A stretch of DNA of 64,000 bases, taken from positions 12,804,790-12,868,789 of the forward strand of contig CM119269.1 of NCBI GenBank assembly GCA_051294375.1, read 5' to 3'. The position numbers and the translations under genes were made by a program. Positions 24,253 to 40,088 of this stretch are shown here, piece after piece. A model generated the notes under the pieces. It was given only the letters and a program-made list of their open reading frames with translations, made no database searches and was not told where the DNA came from. How positions within the stretch are numbered: position 1 is the first letter of the stretch; each line of letters opens with the position of its first letter. The stretch is from Paraspadella gotoi. Its lineage: Eukaryota; Animalia; Chaetognatha.

Positions 24253-27200
24253 ATCTGAGACAGAAAAAAATTTGTTTAGTTTAGTTATATTTTAAACGAA
24301 AAATTGAAAAAAATAGGTTTTTTTTTATCTCTAAATAGAAATCCACTATGAAATTAATTTCACTAGGGGCGGGGATTCAAAACTTTAGTCTTGAAGTCTA
24401 CTTTTAGGTAAAAAAAAGAATTTATTAAAAAAGTTCGATTTTAATGCTTTTGTTGCTATTAAAATTACAATATTACTATATAATGATAAAATTTTTTGAA
24501 ATAAATCTTAACTTTTTTGATGGATTCTGATAGAGCATAAAAAGTTAAATAAAAAATTTAACTACAACTTTCAAAAATATTTATGACACAATAGAAAAAA
24601 TGGCGTAACGTTACTGTTCCGTGCATAAAAAAAATTCACTGTTCAATTATTATTATATTTCTCTTTATTTTTTGAAACGTTATAGTTTCATATGCTGATA
24701 TCCAAAATATCAATGCAAAATCTTTTTTTGTTTTTTTGATATGACTGAATATAGGGTGAAAGATGATAAATTTAAAAAAAAAGTTACTTATTCATATTTA
24801 TTCATAGAATTGTAATAGAAAAAAATATAAAAAAATAATAGTACTAATAGTTAGTGTTATGTCTCAAATAGATGGAAAAAAAACCTCATTTAAAAATTCG
24901 ATCGGAAAGTGGGGTAACTAAGGCTTACCAATGGCATCCTCACGCCAATGTGTTCTCTCAAATAATTTTTTTTATTTAATACATTTGAAAGGGAAAAAAA
25001 AGAAAATTTGGAATGCAGGTTGCAGAAAGGGTACAGATAATCTGGACTTATTGACATGATAACCATAACTTTTAATATCTTGTGAAATGGGGGCAGTAAA
25101 GAAATCTAAAAAATTTCATCATTAAGTCAGTCAATGAACCCTTTCCAATGGGCTATTACGAGAAATATTTTTTCTTAATTAAAATGGATGATAAATAAAT
25201 AAAATTAAATTACTTGCTATATTTAAAAAAAAATTATCAATACAAATTACACAATGATGTTTTGTTTGTCAAATATGTTACCAGCTATAAAATTTTTTTA
25301 CAACCTTTAATATGATAAACAAGCAGTGTGTCAAGCTTTTAGTTTGCAGTTAAAGATAATGAAAAATGACGATTTTTTTTTCACAGACAAGAAGGTAGAT
25401 GTCCAGACTGTTTATATCAAGCTGAAAACATTTTTGTATTTATCATTTTTAATATTTAAAATATATTTTATCAAGCTACAACATAAATTTTTGCTTGTTT
25501 TTTACTTTAACTGAAAAATATAGCAATTTTATGGAATAAAAAAATTTAATAATAAACAAAATGTAATTCAGTCTTTCCTTTTTCAAATTACAAAAGAAAA
25601 AGAAAAAATTTCATATGTCTTCATTGAAATTTTTAAAGCAAAAAACTGTTATACTTTTAACTCTGATTTAAACAAAAGCTGTGTAAAGATTTATGGATTT
25701 AATTTAATAAAACTCTTTTAGAAAGGTGTCCCATGATTAGGGCTTTAATTTGATACCACATCCACCTTGCTACCTCTTTTTTTTCAAAAGTTATTTAAAA
25801 AAATAACGTTTTTTAAATTACGCAGTACAAATCTTTGTTAAATAAAAATTTCGGCAAAGCGGGAGTATCTCACTTATTTCTGTTGGTAACAATACTTAAA
25901 TTTCAAAATAAACTTGAAGAAAATTTTTTGTCATTTAGAGACATATCACTTTCCGATGTACCCATCATATAATAATTTTATTTATTTATTTCCCCCAAAA
26001 AAGCCTAATTAGAAAGTTGAAATTTTTTCAAATTGTTGGGAAAAAAATTTCATCCGACCTATGCTCATTGAGAATAATGGTTTTGCATAGAAAATTAAAA
26101 TATCAAAAAAATAAAAAAATCAGCCTCTAGAAAAATTGAAAGGCTAGAGGCTGATTTTTTTAAAATTGCAAAATTTTTTTCCTGACTCATAATCCATTAT
26201 TCTCAACTTCAAATATTTTTTCCAAAATCATTCAATCAATTTTTTTTATTAATTTAAAATGTTTTTATGATGTTGTTTTTGTTTGAAAGAATTGAAAAAA
26301 AGTGAAAAATATAGTAATTATATAAGGTTTTTGAAATACTTTAAAATATTAAATAATTAGACACAAGGGAGTAAGCACGAGAAACTTCCCATTCATAAAG
26401 AAAATTGAAAATGAATTTGTCAATATTGTTATTTAGATTAATTGACTAATTACAAAACAAATGAATTCATATAAATTGAGGAAATGATGGGTAAAAAATA
26501 TTCATCTTGGTCTGCGTTAACTATTAGGTTATCGTTAAAGTTTTGTTTTAATAATATTAATATTTTTTTTGCATTTATAAACAATGGTCTAAAATTTTGT
26601 AAGCATTTCGAGCTATATTGCTTCATCTTTTTTACTATTTTTGATTAGTTAGCTTTTTGTAGATGGTCAAGGTTATGGTCAGATACAGATATGTCCAGTA
26701 GTGTAAATCGCACATATTACCAAAAGTAATGATCAATTAATTTAGCTCAGAAACGATTTTAAAGGGACAAAATCAGCACGAGACCGTTTCGCCACGTTAT
26801 TTTTCATTGTGTCTTATATTTTCTTGGTCAAAATTAAAGAAAAGTAATAAAATTATCGAAAAATGATGATGATGATGATTATAAATAGTTTTTCATATTT
26901 TTTACATACTTATGATCAAAATATCGAAAAAAGAATTATACTTTGTGTAGACAACTTTTGCAAGCTACCTGAATCTGATCTTAAAAATAAAAAAATCCAA
27001 AAAAATTTTTTAGCCTTTCCTATTTATAAATAAATATTAAAAAATTAATATATAGAGTATGAGTAATATAAAAAATTTTGTCTATTCAGATTTTTTAAAA
27101 AATGTCTAAATTTTCGTTTGAGCAGGTGCTTAATTCAATTTCTTAACCACCTTACAGAGTTAGTCTCCCCCTACTCTAAATTCTAATTTATCTTGCAAGA

Positions 27201-29892
27201 TTAAGAAACGAATTGTTTAGAGAGAGAGACGCGGTGTTAAGTCGCCTTAGAATGTTATATACGTTCAAATTCGAAGTGAACCGAAATAAAGTAACCAGAA
27301 CACCGTCATTGTTCGATAATTCATTAGCGCTCATTATGATATTATGGTTCTGGTTTGAAGTTGCAATTAAGTTACAACCAGCGGAAAGTTAAGATAAATG
27401 TAAAAATAATTCGTATATTGTTCTAAATTCATATGAGTTGGGATTTCTATTGAGTCGAGCAATTGCCATACATTGAAGAGCATCGGAGTGAAAAGGGTGG
27501 TTTGAGGCTGACGCTGGCGCTCAGAGCTTTGGATCTGCAATGACCACCTCAATAGGCCGGAACAGGTTGAAAACTGAAAGTTCTCTCAAATAAATAATGG
27601 TAAAGTGACTGTTAGAGAATATGAAAATAAAAATAATTTTAAAAAATTATTTAATTAATAAGCGCACGGAAGCCTTTAAAGATTATTTTATTACTATATA
27701 AATTAAAAATTTTTTTGGAATTTTTCAATTTTTTTTGATAGATTCTGATAGAGCTTTAAACGTTAGATAAAGGTTATTAATACAAATTTTTTAAATTTTT
27801 TTGTTTATATTGATAAAAATTTTAAAAAACCATAAAATTCAGCCAATGATGATGATGATTTTTTAATGTTTTTTTTTTTAAACCAATTTCTTGTCAAAAT
27901 TTTAAAAAATTGTAGTACTAATTTTCATTTAACTTTTCAAGCTCTATAAGAATCCGTTTTTAAAAATAAAATTTTGTTAAAAAAAATTTTGTCATTTGTT
28001 ATATATTAATAAATATTAATAGCTTCAGTGCAACAACCCAATGAACTAATTCAAAAAGTTGCATTGAAAATCGATTTAGTAATAGAAGGAAAAAGGAAAT
28101 TTTTTGGAGAAAATTAGAAGTTATAAAAAGTGTTCAATTTTGGCCCGCCTTACCACCTCAAGTCACCGGCGTGTTTATACCGATACCATCACATTTTAAG
28201 TAGCAGTACCGTGAGGAGATTGAACCCAGAACTTATGGTTGTAAGCCAGTCCAAGCCATTGGGACAAGCTATACAGGAGGCGAATTTAGGATTCTCCACA
28301 GTACGTCAGATATCGCTCAGCAAATTACAATACGAAAAATTAAGTTACGGTTCAGCTGACGGCTGCTGACGCTGCTTTTGCTGCAGCGTCGAGCGAATTG
28401 GTCACTTCACGAACAAAGAATCACATTGAATGTCCGATTCGTAAAAATGACTCACGTGTGATTCGATGGATAATTTGGTTCCGTCCTGCATTTGTGCTTT
28501 TACGGTTTTCTCTTCAATTTGTACTGAAAAAGAATAATACAATAAACAACAAATAATAACAGAATTTTTTTTACAAAATCATAATTTTTTTTCGAAAATT
28601 AATTAGAGACAAATTTATCTGAGAAGGGAGTGAGTACCATTTTTTCGATGAAAACTTTTTACACGAAAACTTTTTACGTGTTACATTTTGTACTCAGACA
28701 TAAGTTGTCACCTGACTTTTTTGACGTTCACAGAGATATGTGTTTAAACCTAGCGATCAGTGATAACGATAAGCGAAGAAAACTCGAGTGTTTTAATCTG
28801 ATCCTATGATTTCAGCTCGAGAGAGGAACTTGAAAACTCAGATTTGAATCAATAATTTTACTCTTTTGAAAAAAGTGCTAATTTAACTGAGAAAAATAAT
28901 CTGACTGATTATTAATGCATGTTTATTTACAATATGATTTTTCTCGTTTGTAACATTTCGTGACAGTATCTATGCAACCGTAATATTTTAAAGGATTAAT
29001 GATAGTCGGTTTTGAAGGTCTCGGTTTGACAATTTATATGATATATAATACAACATATTTGTAATGGGTCTTCTTTATTTAATTACTGTCCATTAAGAGG
29101 AGATCAAATTTGAAACTTCATCAATGCAATTTTCCGATTTTTTCTGATGATTAAAAAGTACTTAAAATTTAAATAAAAAATAAACATGTAATATTTTTTC
29201 TCCTTTTTAAAATAAAATACAATTTGAGTTAATTTAAATATTAAGTTATCACTGACAGCTAAAAAATTTAAATCAATGGTATTAAAAAGTTGTTAAGCAT
29301 TAGTTATATTATTGTTCAATGCACGAAAGCAAAACCTGCACCAAGTTTTAAAGAATAATAAAAGAATATTTTGTGTTACCCATTTAATAAATTTTATAAA
29401 ATTTTATATTAATTATAAATTTTTTAAATTAAAAAAAAAATAAAATCAGATGACGTTTTGTAAAAAAAATCATCTCATTATTATTCAGAAAAGTTACTAA
29501 GCACCTAAGAATTAAACATATATGAAATCTATACCACATTCAAGAGCAGGCAAAATGCTACATTTAACTGAGTTTTGATTGGTTGTGACAACGTTGAACA
29601 TTAAAAGGTAAAAAAATCAAAAGTTGATTGACAAAAATGATGAGTTCATTGGAGCCTAGAAGTTATTATGTAAAAATTTAAACGCAGAAACCATTTGGAT
29701 ATTCAATTTTATTTTTTGAAATTTATTTTTAACTCGCATGATTCCTTCTCGCCAAAAGGACCTTTGTCCTTTTTCCTCTTCTTTTTTTTTTAATTCCGAA
29801 ACCAAAACAAATCAATTTCGTTTTCTTTTCTTTATTTTCTCGGCCGCGACGCTGAAGACGACTGGGAGAGAGTGAGAGAGAGAGAAAGAGGG

Positions 29893-29947
<55 letters not shown>

Positions 29948-30376
29948 AAATAGATATGTTGAACCAAAAGTGATAGAACGATGGGACTGGTGTCAGATTA
30001 AAGCCCTAATTATGGGGCATCTTTTCCATATAAGGCTTGGTAGAGGTAGAGAGATAGGTAGAGAAAGCGTCTTAGACGGTTCGACAAAGAGAGAGAATTT
30101 TTATTGGGAAAAAGAGAAAGAGAGAAAAAAATATAGACAGAGAGAGAGAGATAGAGAGAGAGAGAGAGTAAAAAAAAGAGAGAGAGAGACTGAATCACTG
30201 ATTTTTTTCAAAACAGTAACATTATCAATTCAAATCTTTATTCTCAAATAATGACACAATTTCGTCTTCGCTTCGCTTATCGTTATCACTGATGGCCTGA
30301 AGATTTAAACACGTATCTCTGATCTCTGATTTCTTTTTCCGAAAACTTGATGGAAACGAAGAACAGAGAGAGAGAC

Positions 30377-30411
<35 letters not shown>

Positions 30412-30569
30412 TCGTGTCGTTGAGCGAAAACCGGTTTTAATTCTATTTCGTCGTCAAAAACCTGCTCTTTTTGGTCTCCTTTTTGTTTAACCATTATTGT
30501 AACACGAAATACGATTAAAGTAATACTAGGAAGTAAGTATCAACATTCAACAATCCTACCGTTCCAGTC

Positions 30570-31475
30570 ATGTCTTCAAGGCGCCGCCGATGTCCCCACG
30601 ACAGGCTGGCGCGACGCCTGATGAAGTGCAGCGCTGTTCTAGTTTTTAGCGGAACCGCCTGTCTCATGCTAAGGTTTTTGGTCGAACATGAGGTAAAAAA
30701 TATAGCTGACGTTTTGTTTAACAAAATAAAAGTTATAATATATTATAAATAATAATAAATAAACACGCACCGATAATCGCGTGCCCAAAAAACGCAAAAG
30801 ACACGAATAATACTTATAATACTTATTTTTAACAACGAGGCTAAATAATGACAATATCTTAAGCACTGTTTATACTGTTTTTGTGTAACAATTTAAAGAC
30901 TTTTTTACCTAATACGAGTAAGTTTAAAGCTTCACAAATAAATACACTTTTTACTTTTACCATGATATCCCAGATACTAGTTTAAATTAATACTAATATA
31001 TAATATTAATAACGTTGATGTTTAGTCAAATAAAGGGGGTAATTAATAAGTGAAGGCAAGTATCAGGTTAACAATAGTTTTAATGACGGACAATGATTAA
31101 GGTGATGACAAATGAAATGACGATAATATCAAGTAATTCTATTTTAAGAGTAATAATTTTTGGATCACTTTTTTAAAAAAAGAAATGGTATAATCACAAG
31201 TACATTGCTTAATTCCACTCCAGCCTGCTGCTCAGGTCCTTTCGAAAAACGATGCTCCCGAAGTGACGTTAATGGGCGCCTGCATTCTTCTCGGCATCAT
31301 CGGCTTGGTGGTCGGCGGGGGGCGTCCCGTAGCGACGAAAGCAGCGTCGTTCGTGTCGCTCGCCAATCTGATTGTTTCGATGGCGTTGTGTGCTTACCTC
31401 AGCTACGAAACTGTCGATGTTTCATTCAAGGGTGAGGAAAGAACGGTGAATGCTGCTGCTGAGGTTGGAGACGTG

Positions 31476-31507
<32 letters not shown>

Positions 31508-32306
31508 TGAGTCTTATTTTCCCCCTTTTTTTTAAATAGTTTCCCGATCTTTTCATAATTTTTTTTTATATTCTTTTATTGATTTTTCAATAGATCAATA
31601 ATTTTTTTAGTTCATTTAATAATTTTACAGTTTTTTACTTAATTTCAGGTCCTTCAAATATTCTTTTATTTCTTTTCAATTTTATTTCTATCTTTTAATT
31701 TTGTCATCAACCTACCTCGAACCTACATCATTTGCTCCAGGCTGCTCCAACGAAACCAAGGGCGCCACGTGGAAAAGTTTCTTCTGCATCTTCTTCACAA
31801 TCGCCAGTCGCTTCGCCGCCTTCCTCGCCTGCTATCGCCTGGCGAATATGAAGAAGCCGAAAGAGTCGCCTGATGAGACGACGACGCCTGACGTGGCGAA
31901 GGAGGCTTTGACGTCTGAGAAAGAGGATCTCACAAAGGAAGATATAATTGGTGAAGAGAGAGAGAGAGAGAGAGAGAGAGATGAGCTGTCAAATAATAAC
32001 AAATACATAATGCTATCTGAATAATAATAAAAAGAATATTATGTAGTATGTAATACTAATTGGTAATTACCTAATATAATTTTTTTCTTCACTCAAAAGA
32101 CACCATGAATGAGAAGAAAATCACGTTTGTCGACTCTTCTTCTACGACCGCCGCCGCCGCAGCAGCCGCCGCCGCCGCCGTCTCTCCTCCCGCCAAGCTT
32201 TCCCTCTGCGCCAAACTCATCGGCCGACGCCGCGCCACAAAACTTCAATCGGATTTCGTCTTTCTTCAAATCGCGATCCCCGTCGGCGCCGCAGTCTTCG
32301 TTATGA
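30570..32306 (+). CDS. Exons 1-4 of an orphan multi-pass membrane protein (first copy, cut by the gap)
   Basis: Phase-compatible exons 30570-30692, 31224-31431, 31741-31950, 32100-32306 with hydrophobic segments. Confidence 0.7.
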
Positions 32307-32445
32307 GTAAGACTGTGTCTGAGGAGTTAAGTTCTCTATCCACTTGACCTCTGACCCTTATCTTTTCACTGAAATTTAACCTCTTGGCATCTGACCCCGC
32401 GGGTAACCTCCGTGATATATCCTCTTTGAACTAGTGATCTCCATC

Positions 32446-32766
32446 CGACTCTATTTTCCAAAAGCGTCCCTTTTCTGTTCCTCATCCCTGAATTTGAATT
32501 TAAATGTAAATATTTAACTTTAACCTCTTACCAAATACTTAATCTAATCCTAAATCTTAATACTAACCCAATCCCCAATACTTTTTTCCTTAATCCTAAT
32601 CCGAATATATAACACTAATCTTTAACCTAATTTTTAACCTTAATCCTTAACCTAAGCTCTAACCAAATCTTTAAATTAAAAAACTCTTTTTATTCTAAAT
32701 TTAAACGGAAATGGAACAGTTTTGAAAATTTAAGCTGAAATGGAGTAGTTTTGAAAAGTATAGCCG
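32446..32766. mobile_element. Telomere-like-repeat MITE copy (duplicate at 40549-40859)
   Basis: cgactctattttccaaaa ... ttttgaaaagtatagccg ends; taacc/taatcc interior. Confidence 0.55.
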
Positions 32767-35700
32767 ACATGAAGGCTGGAATCCAGGTTTTCCCAGCCAC
32801 GATCACCCACTTAATTGCTGACGNNNNNNNNNNTAACCCAATCCCCAATCCCCAATACTTTTTTCCTTAATCCTAATCTTTAACCTAATTTTTAACATTA
32901 ATCCTTAACCTAAGCTCTAACCAAATCTTTAAATTAANNNNNNNNNNNNNNNNNNNNNNNNNAGTGTTATGTCTCAAATAGATGGAAAAAAAACCTCATT
33001 TAAATTCGATCGGAAGTGGGGTAACTAAGGCTTACCAATGGCATCCTCCACGCAATTGTTCTCTCAATAATTTTTTTTATTTAATACATTTGAAAGGGAA
33101 AAAAAGAAAATTTGGAATGCAGGTTGCAGAAAGGGTACAGATAATCTGACTATTGACATGATAACATAACTTTTAATATCTTGTGAAATGGGGGCAGTAA
33201 AGAAATCTAAAAATTCATCATTAAGTCAGTCAATGAACCCTTTCCAATGGCTATTACGAGAAATATTTTTTCTTAATTAAAATGGATGATAAATAATAAA
33301 ATTAAATTACTTGCTATATTTAAAAAAAATTATCAATACAAATTAACACAATGATGTTTTGCTTTGTCAAATATGTTACCAGCTATAAAATTGTTTACAA
33401 CTTTAATATGATAAACAAGCAGTTGTGTCAAGCTTTTAGTTTGCAGTTAAAGATAATGAAAAATGACGATTTTTTTTTCACAGACAAGAAGGTAGATGTC
33501 CAGACTGTTATATCAAGCTGAAAACATTTTTGTATTTATCATTTTAATATTTAAAAATATATTTATCAAGCTACAACATAAATTTTTGCTTGTTTTTTAC
33601 TTAACTGAAAAATATAAGCAATTTTATGGAATAAAAAAATTTAATAATAAACAAAATGTAATTCAGTCTTTCCTTTTTCAAATTACAAAAGAAAAAGAAA
33701 AAAATTTCATATGTCTTCATTGAAATTTTTAAAGCAAAAAACTGTTATACTTTTAACTCTGATTTAAACAAAAGCTGTGTAAAGATTTTATGGATTTAAT
33801 TTAATAAACTCTTTTAGAAAGGTGTCCATGATTAGGGCTTTAATTTGATACCAATCCACCTTGCTACCTCTTTTTTTTCAAAAGTTTATTTAAAAAATAA
33901 CGTTTTTTTAAATTACGCAGTACAAATCTTGTTAAATAAAAATTTCGGCAAAGCGGGAGTATCTCACTTATTTCTGTGGTACAATACTTAAATTTCAAAA
34001 TAAAACTTGAGAAAATTTTTTTGTCATTTAGAGACATATCACTTTCCGATGTACCATCATATAATAATTTATTATTTATTTCCCCCAAAAAAGCCTAATT
34101 AGAAAAGTTGAAATTTTTTCAAATTGTTGGGAAAAAAATTTCATCCGACTATGCTCATTGAGAATAATGGTTTTGCATAGAAAATTAAAATATCAAAAAA
34201 ATAAAAAAATCAGCCTCTAGAAAAATTGAAAGCTAGAGCTATTTTTTTAAAATTGCAAAATTTTTTCCTGACTCATAATCCATTATTCTCAACTTTCAAA
34301 ATATTTTTTTCCAAATCATTCAATCAATTTTTTATTAATTTAAAATGTTTTTATGATGTTGTTTTTGTTTGAAAGAATTGAAAAAAAGTGAAAAATATAG
34401 TAATTATATAAGGTTTTTGAAATACTTTAAAATATTAAATAATTAGACACAGGGGAGTAAGCAGAGAAAACTTCCCATTCATAAAGAAAATGAAAATGAA
34501 TTTTGTCATATTGTTATTTAGATTAATGACTATTACAAACAAATGATTCATATAATTGAGGAATGATGGGTAAAAAATATTCATCTGGTCTCGGTTAACT
34601 ATTAGGTTATCGTTAAATTTGTTTTAATAATATTAATATTTTTTTTGCATTTATAAAGCATGGTCTAAAATTTTGTAAGCATTTCGAGTCAACTATATTG
34701 CTTCATCTTTTTACTATTTTTGATTAGTTAGCTTTTTGTAGAGGTCCAAGGGTTATTGGTCACATACAGCATATAGTCCAGTATGTGATATCGCCACATA
34801 TTATCCGAAAAGTAGTGATCAATTAATTTAGCTCAGAAACGATTTTAAAGGGACAAAATCAGCCACGAGACCGTTCGCCACGTTATTTTTCATTGTGTCT
34901 TATATTTTTCTTGTGTCAAAATAAGAAAAAGTAATAAAATATCGAAAATGATTGATGATGATGATTATAAATGTTTTCATATATTTTTACATATCTTATG
35001 ATAAAATATCGAAGAAAAAGAATTATACTTGTGTAGTACAACTTTTTGCAAGCTACCTGAATCTGATCTTAAAAATAAAAAATCCAAAAAAATTTTTAGC
35101 CTTTCCTATTTATAAATAAATATTAAAAAATTAATATATAGAGTATGGATAATATAAACAATTTTTGTCTATTCAGATTTTTAAAAAATGTCTAAATTTT
35201 TCGTTTGAGCAGGTGCTTAATTCAATTTCTTACCACCTTACAGAGTAGTTCCCCCTACTCTAAATTCTAATTTAATCTTGCAAATTAAGAAACGAATTGT
35301 TTAGAGAGAGAGACCGAGTGTTAAGTCGCCTTAGAATGTTATATACGTTCAAATTCGAAGTGAACCGAAATAAAATAACCAGAACTACCGTCATTGTTGA
35401 TAATTCATTACGCTCATTATGAATTATGTTCTGGTTTGAAGTTGCAATTAAGTTTACAACCAAGCGAAAGTTAAGATAAATGTAAATAATTCGTATATTG
35501 TTTCTAAATTCATAATGAGTTGGGAATTTTCTCATTGCCAGTCGAGCATTGCCATACATTGAAGAGCATCGAGTGACAGGGTGTTTGAGGCTGAGCCTGG
35601 CGCTCAGAGCTTTGGATTGCAATGACCACCTCATTAGGCCGGAACAGGTTGAAAACTAGAAGTTCTCTCAAAATAAATAATGGTAAGAGTGACTGTTAGA

Positions 35701-37973
35701 GAATATGAAAATAAAAATAATTTTAAAAAATATTTAATTAATAAGCGCACGGAAGCCTTTAAAATTATTTTATTACTATATTATTAAAATTTTTTTGATT
35801 TTTTTCAATTTTTTTTGAATAGATTCTGATAGAGCTTTAAACGTTAGATAAAGGTTATTAATACAAAATTTTTAAAATTTTTTTGTTTTATTGATAAAAA
35901 ATTTTAAAAAAACCATAAAATTCAGCCAATATGATGATGATTTTTTAATGTTTTTTTTTTAACGCAATTTCTTGTCAAAATTTTAAAAATTGTAGTAACT
36001 ATTTTCATTTAACTTTTCAAGCTCTATAAGAAATCGTTTTTAAAAAATAAATTTTGTAAAAAAAATTTTGTCATTTGTTATATATTAATAAATATTTAAT
36101 AGCTTCAGTGCAACAACCCAATGAACTAAATTCAAAAGTTGCATTGAAAATCGATTTAGTAATAGAAGGAAAAAAGGAAATTTTTTGGAGAAAATTAAAG
36201 TTATAAAAAGTGTTCAATTTGGCCCGCCTTACCACTCAAGTCACCGGTGTTTATACCGATACATCCATTTTAAGTAGCAGTACCGTGAGGAGATTGAACC
36301 CAGAACTTATGGTTGTACAGCCAGTCCACAAGCCATTGGACAAAGCTATACAGGAGGCGAATTTAACGGATTCTCCACAGTACGTCAATATCGCTTCAGC
36401 AATTTACAAACGAAAAATTAAGTTACGGTCAGCTGACGCTGCTGACGCTGCTTTTGCTGCAGCGTCGAGCGAATTGTCACTTCACGAACAAAAGAATCAC
36501 ATTGAATGTCCGAAAATTCGTAAAAATGATCACGTGTGATTCGATGGATAATTTGGTTCCGTCCTGCATTTGTGCTTTTACGGTTTTCTCTCAATTTGTA
36601 CTGAAAAAGAATAATACAATAAACAACAAATAATACAGAAATTTTTTTACAAATCAATAATTTTTTTTCGAAAATTAATTAGAGACAAATTTTTTTCTGA
36701 GAAAGGGAGTTTGAGTACCATTTTTTCGAATGAAAACTTTTTAGCAACGAAACTTTTTACGTGTTACATTTTGTACTCAGACATAAGTTTGTCACCTGAC
36801 TTTTTTGAACGGTCACAGAGATATGTGTTTTAAACGCTAGCGATCAGTGATAACGATAAGCGAAGAAAACTCGAGTGTTTTAATATGATCCTATGATTTC
36901 AGCTCGAGAGAGGAACTGAAAACTCAAGATTTGAATCATAATTTTACTCTTTTAAAAAGTGCTGAATTTAACTGAGAAAATAATTGACCTGATTTATTAA
37001 TGCATGTTTATTTACAATATGATTTTCTCGTTTGTAACATTTCTGTGACAGTATCTATCGCAACCGTAATATTTTAAAGGATTAATGATAGTCGGTTTGA
37101 AGGTCTCGTTTGACAATTTATATGATATATAATACAACATATTTGTAATGGGTCTTCTTTATTTAATTACTGTCCATTAAGAGGAGATCAAATTGAAACT
37201 TCATCAATGCAATTTTCCGATTTTTCTGATGATTAAAAAGTACTTAAAATTTAAATAAAAAATAAACATGTAATATTTTTTCTCTTTTTAAAATAAAATA
37301 CAATTTAGTTAATTTAAATATTAAGTTTATCACTGACAGCTAAAAATTTAAATCAATTGGTATTAAAAGTTGTTAAGCATTAGTTATATTATTGTTCATG
37401 CACGAAAGCAAAACCTGCACCAAGTTTTAAAGAATAATAAAAGAATATTTTGTGTTACCCATTTAATAAATTTTATAAAATTTTTATATTAATTATAAAT
37501 TTTAAATTAAAAAAAAAAAAATCAGATGACTGTTTTGTAAAAAAAATCATCTCATTATTATTCAGAAAAGTTACTAAGCACCTAAGAATTAAACATATAT
37601 GAAATCTATACCCACATTCAAGAGCAGGCAAAATGCTACATTTAACTGAGTTTTGATTGGTTGTGACAACGTTGAACATTAAAAGGTAAAAAAATCAAAA
37701 GTTGATTGACAAAAATGATGAGTTCATTGGAGCCTAGAAGTTATTATGTAAAAATTTAAACGCAGAAACCATTTGGATATTCAATTTTATTTTTGAAATT
37801 TATTTTTAACTCGCATGATTCCTTCTCGCCAAAAGGACCTTTGTCCTTTTCCTCTTCTTTTTTTTTAATTCCGAAACCAAAACAAATCAATTTCGTTTCT
37901 TTTCTTTATTTCTCGGCCGCGACGCTGAAGACGACTGGGAGAGAGTGAGAGAGAGAGAAAGAGGGAGATAGAT

Positions 37974-38023
<50 letters not shown>

Positions 38024-38453
38024 CTAAATAGATATGTTGAACCAAAAGTGATAGAACGATGGACTGGTGTCAGATTAAAGCCCTAATTATGGGCATCTTT
38101 TCCATATAAGGCTTGGTAGAGGTAGAGAGATAGGTAGAGAAAGCGTCTTAGACGGTTCGACAAAGAGAGAGAATTTTTATTGGGAAAAAGAGAAAGAGAG
38201 AAAAAAATATAGACAGAGAGAGAGAGATAGAGAGAGAGAGAGAGTAAAAAAAGAGAGAGAGAGACTGAATCACTGATTTTTTTCAAAACAGTAACATTAT
38301 CAATTCAAATCTTTATTCTCAAATAATGACACAATTTCGTCTTCGCTTCGCTTATCGTTATCACTGATGGCCTGAAGATTTAAACACGTATCTCTGATCT
38401 CTGATTTCTTTTTCCGAAAACTTGATGGAAACGAAGAACAGAGAGAGAGACAG

Positions 38454-38485
<32 letters not shown>

Positions 38486-38642
38486 TCGTGTCGTTGAGCG
38501 AAAACCGGTTTTAATTCTATTTCGTCGTCAAAAACCTGCTCTTTTTGGTCTCCTTTTGTTTAACCATTATTGTAACACGAAATACGATTAAAGTAATACT
38601 AGGAAGTAAGTATCAACATTCAACAATCCTACCGTTCCAGTC

Positions 38643-39542
38643 ATGTCTTCAAGGCGCCGCCGATGTCCCCACGACAGGCTGGCGCGACGCCTGATGAAGT
38701 GCAGCGCTGTTCTAGTTTTAGCGGAACCGCCTGTCTCATGCTAAGGTTTTTGGTCGAACATGAGGTAAAAAATATAGCTGACGTTTTGTTTAACAAAATA
38801 AAAGTTATAATATATTATAAATAATAATAAATAAACACGCACCGATAATCGCGTGCCCAAAAAACGCAAAAGACACGAATAATACTTATAATACTTATTT
38901 TTAACAACGAGGCTAATAATGACAATATCTTAAGCACTGTTTATACTGTTTTTGTGTAACAATTTAAAGACTTTTTTACCTAATACGAGTAAGTTTAAAG
39001 CTTCACAAATAAATACACTTTTTACTTTTACCATGATATCCAGATACTAGTTTAAATTAATACTAATATATAATATTAATAACGTTGATGTTAGTCAAAT
39101 AAAGGGGGTAATTAATAAGTGAAGGCAAGTATCAGTTAACAATAGTTTTAATGACGGACAATGATTAAGGTGATGACAAATGAAATGACGATAATATCAA
39201 GTAATTCTATTTTAAGAGTAATAATTTTTGGATCACTTTTTTAAAAAAAGAAATGGTATAATCACAAGTACATTGCTTAATTCCACTCCAGCCTGCTGCT
39301 CAGGTCCTTTCGAAAAACGATGCTCCCGAAGTGACGTTAATGGGCGCCTGCATTCTTCTCGGCATCATCGGCTTGGTGGTCGCGGGGGGCGTCCCGTAGC
39401 GACGAAAGCAGCGTCGTTCGTGTCGCTCGCCAATCTGATTGTTTCGATGGCGTTGTGTGCTTACCTCAGCTACGAAACTGTCGATGTTTCATTCAAGGGT
39501 GAGGAAAGAACGGTGAATGCTGCTGCTGAGGTTGGAGACGTG

Positions 39543-39574
<32 letters not shown>

Positions 39575-40014
39575 TGAGTCTTATTTTCCCCTTTTTTTAA
39601 ATAGTTTCCCGATCTTTTCATAATTTTTTTTATATTCTTTTATTGATTTTCAATAGATCAATAATTTTTTTAGTTCATTTAATAATTTACAGTTTTTTAC
39701 TTAATTTCAGGTCCTTCAAATATTCTTTTATTTCTTTTCAATTTTATTTCTATCTTTTAATTTTGTCATCAACCTACCTCGAACCTACATCATTTGCTCC
39801 AGGCTGCTCCAACGAAACCAAGGGCGCCACGTGGAAAAGTTTCTTCTGCATCTTCTTCACAATCGCCAGTCGCTTCGCCGCCTTCCTCGCCTGCTATCGC
39901 CTGGCGAATATGAAGAAGCCGAAAGAGTCGCCTGATGAGACGACGACGCCTGACGTGGCGAAGGAGGCTTTGACGTCTGAGAAAGAGGATCTCACAAAGG
40001 AAGATATAATTTGT

Positions 40015-40088
<74 letters not shown>

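Noticed and set aside
26020-26235. Hairpin aaaaaatcagcctctag...ctagaggctgatttttt resembling a terminator or pre-miRNA
   Set aside because: It is the centre of a larger AT-rich foldback, consistent with an ordinary MITE.
28130-28369. 79-aa ORF and B-box-like segment
   Set aside because: The frame is not conserved in the duplicate copy and no protein motif is recognisable; probably a decayed repeat.
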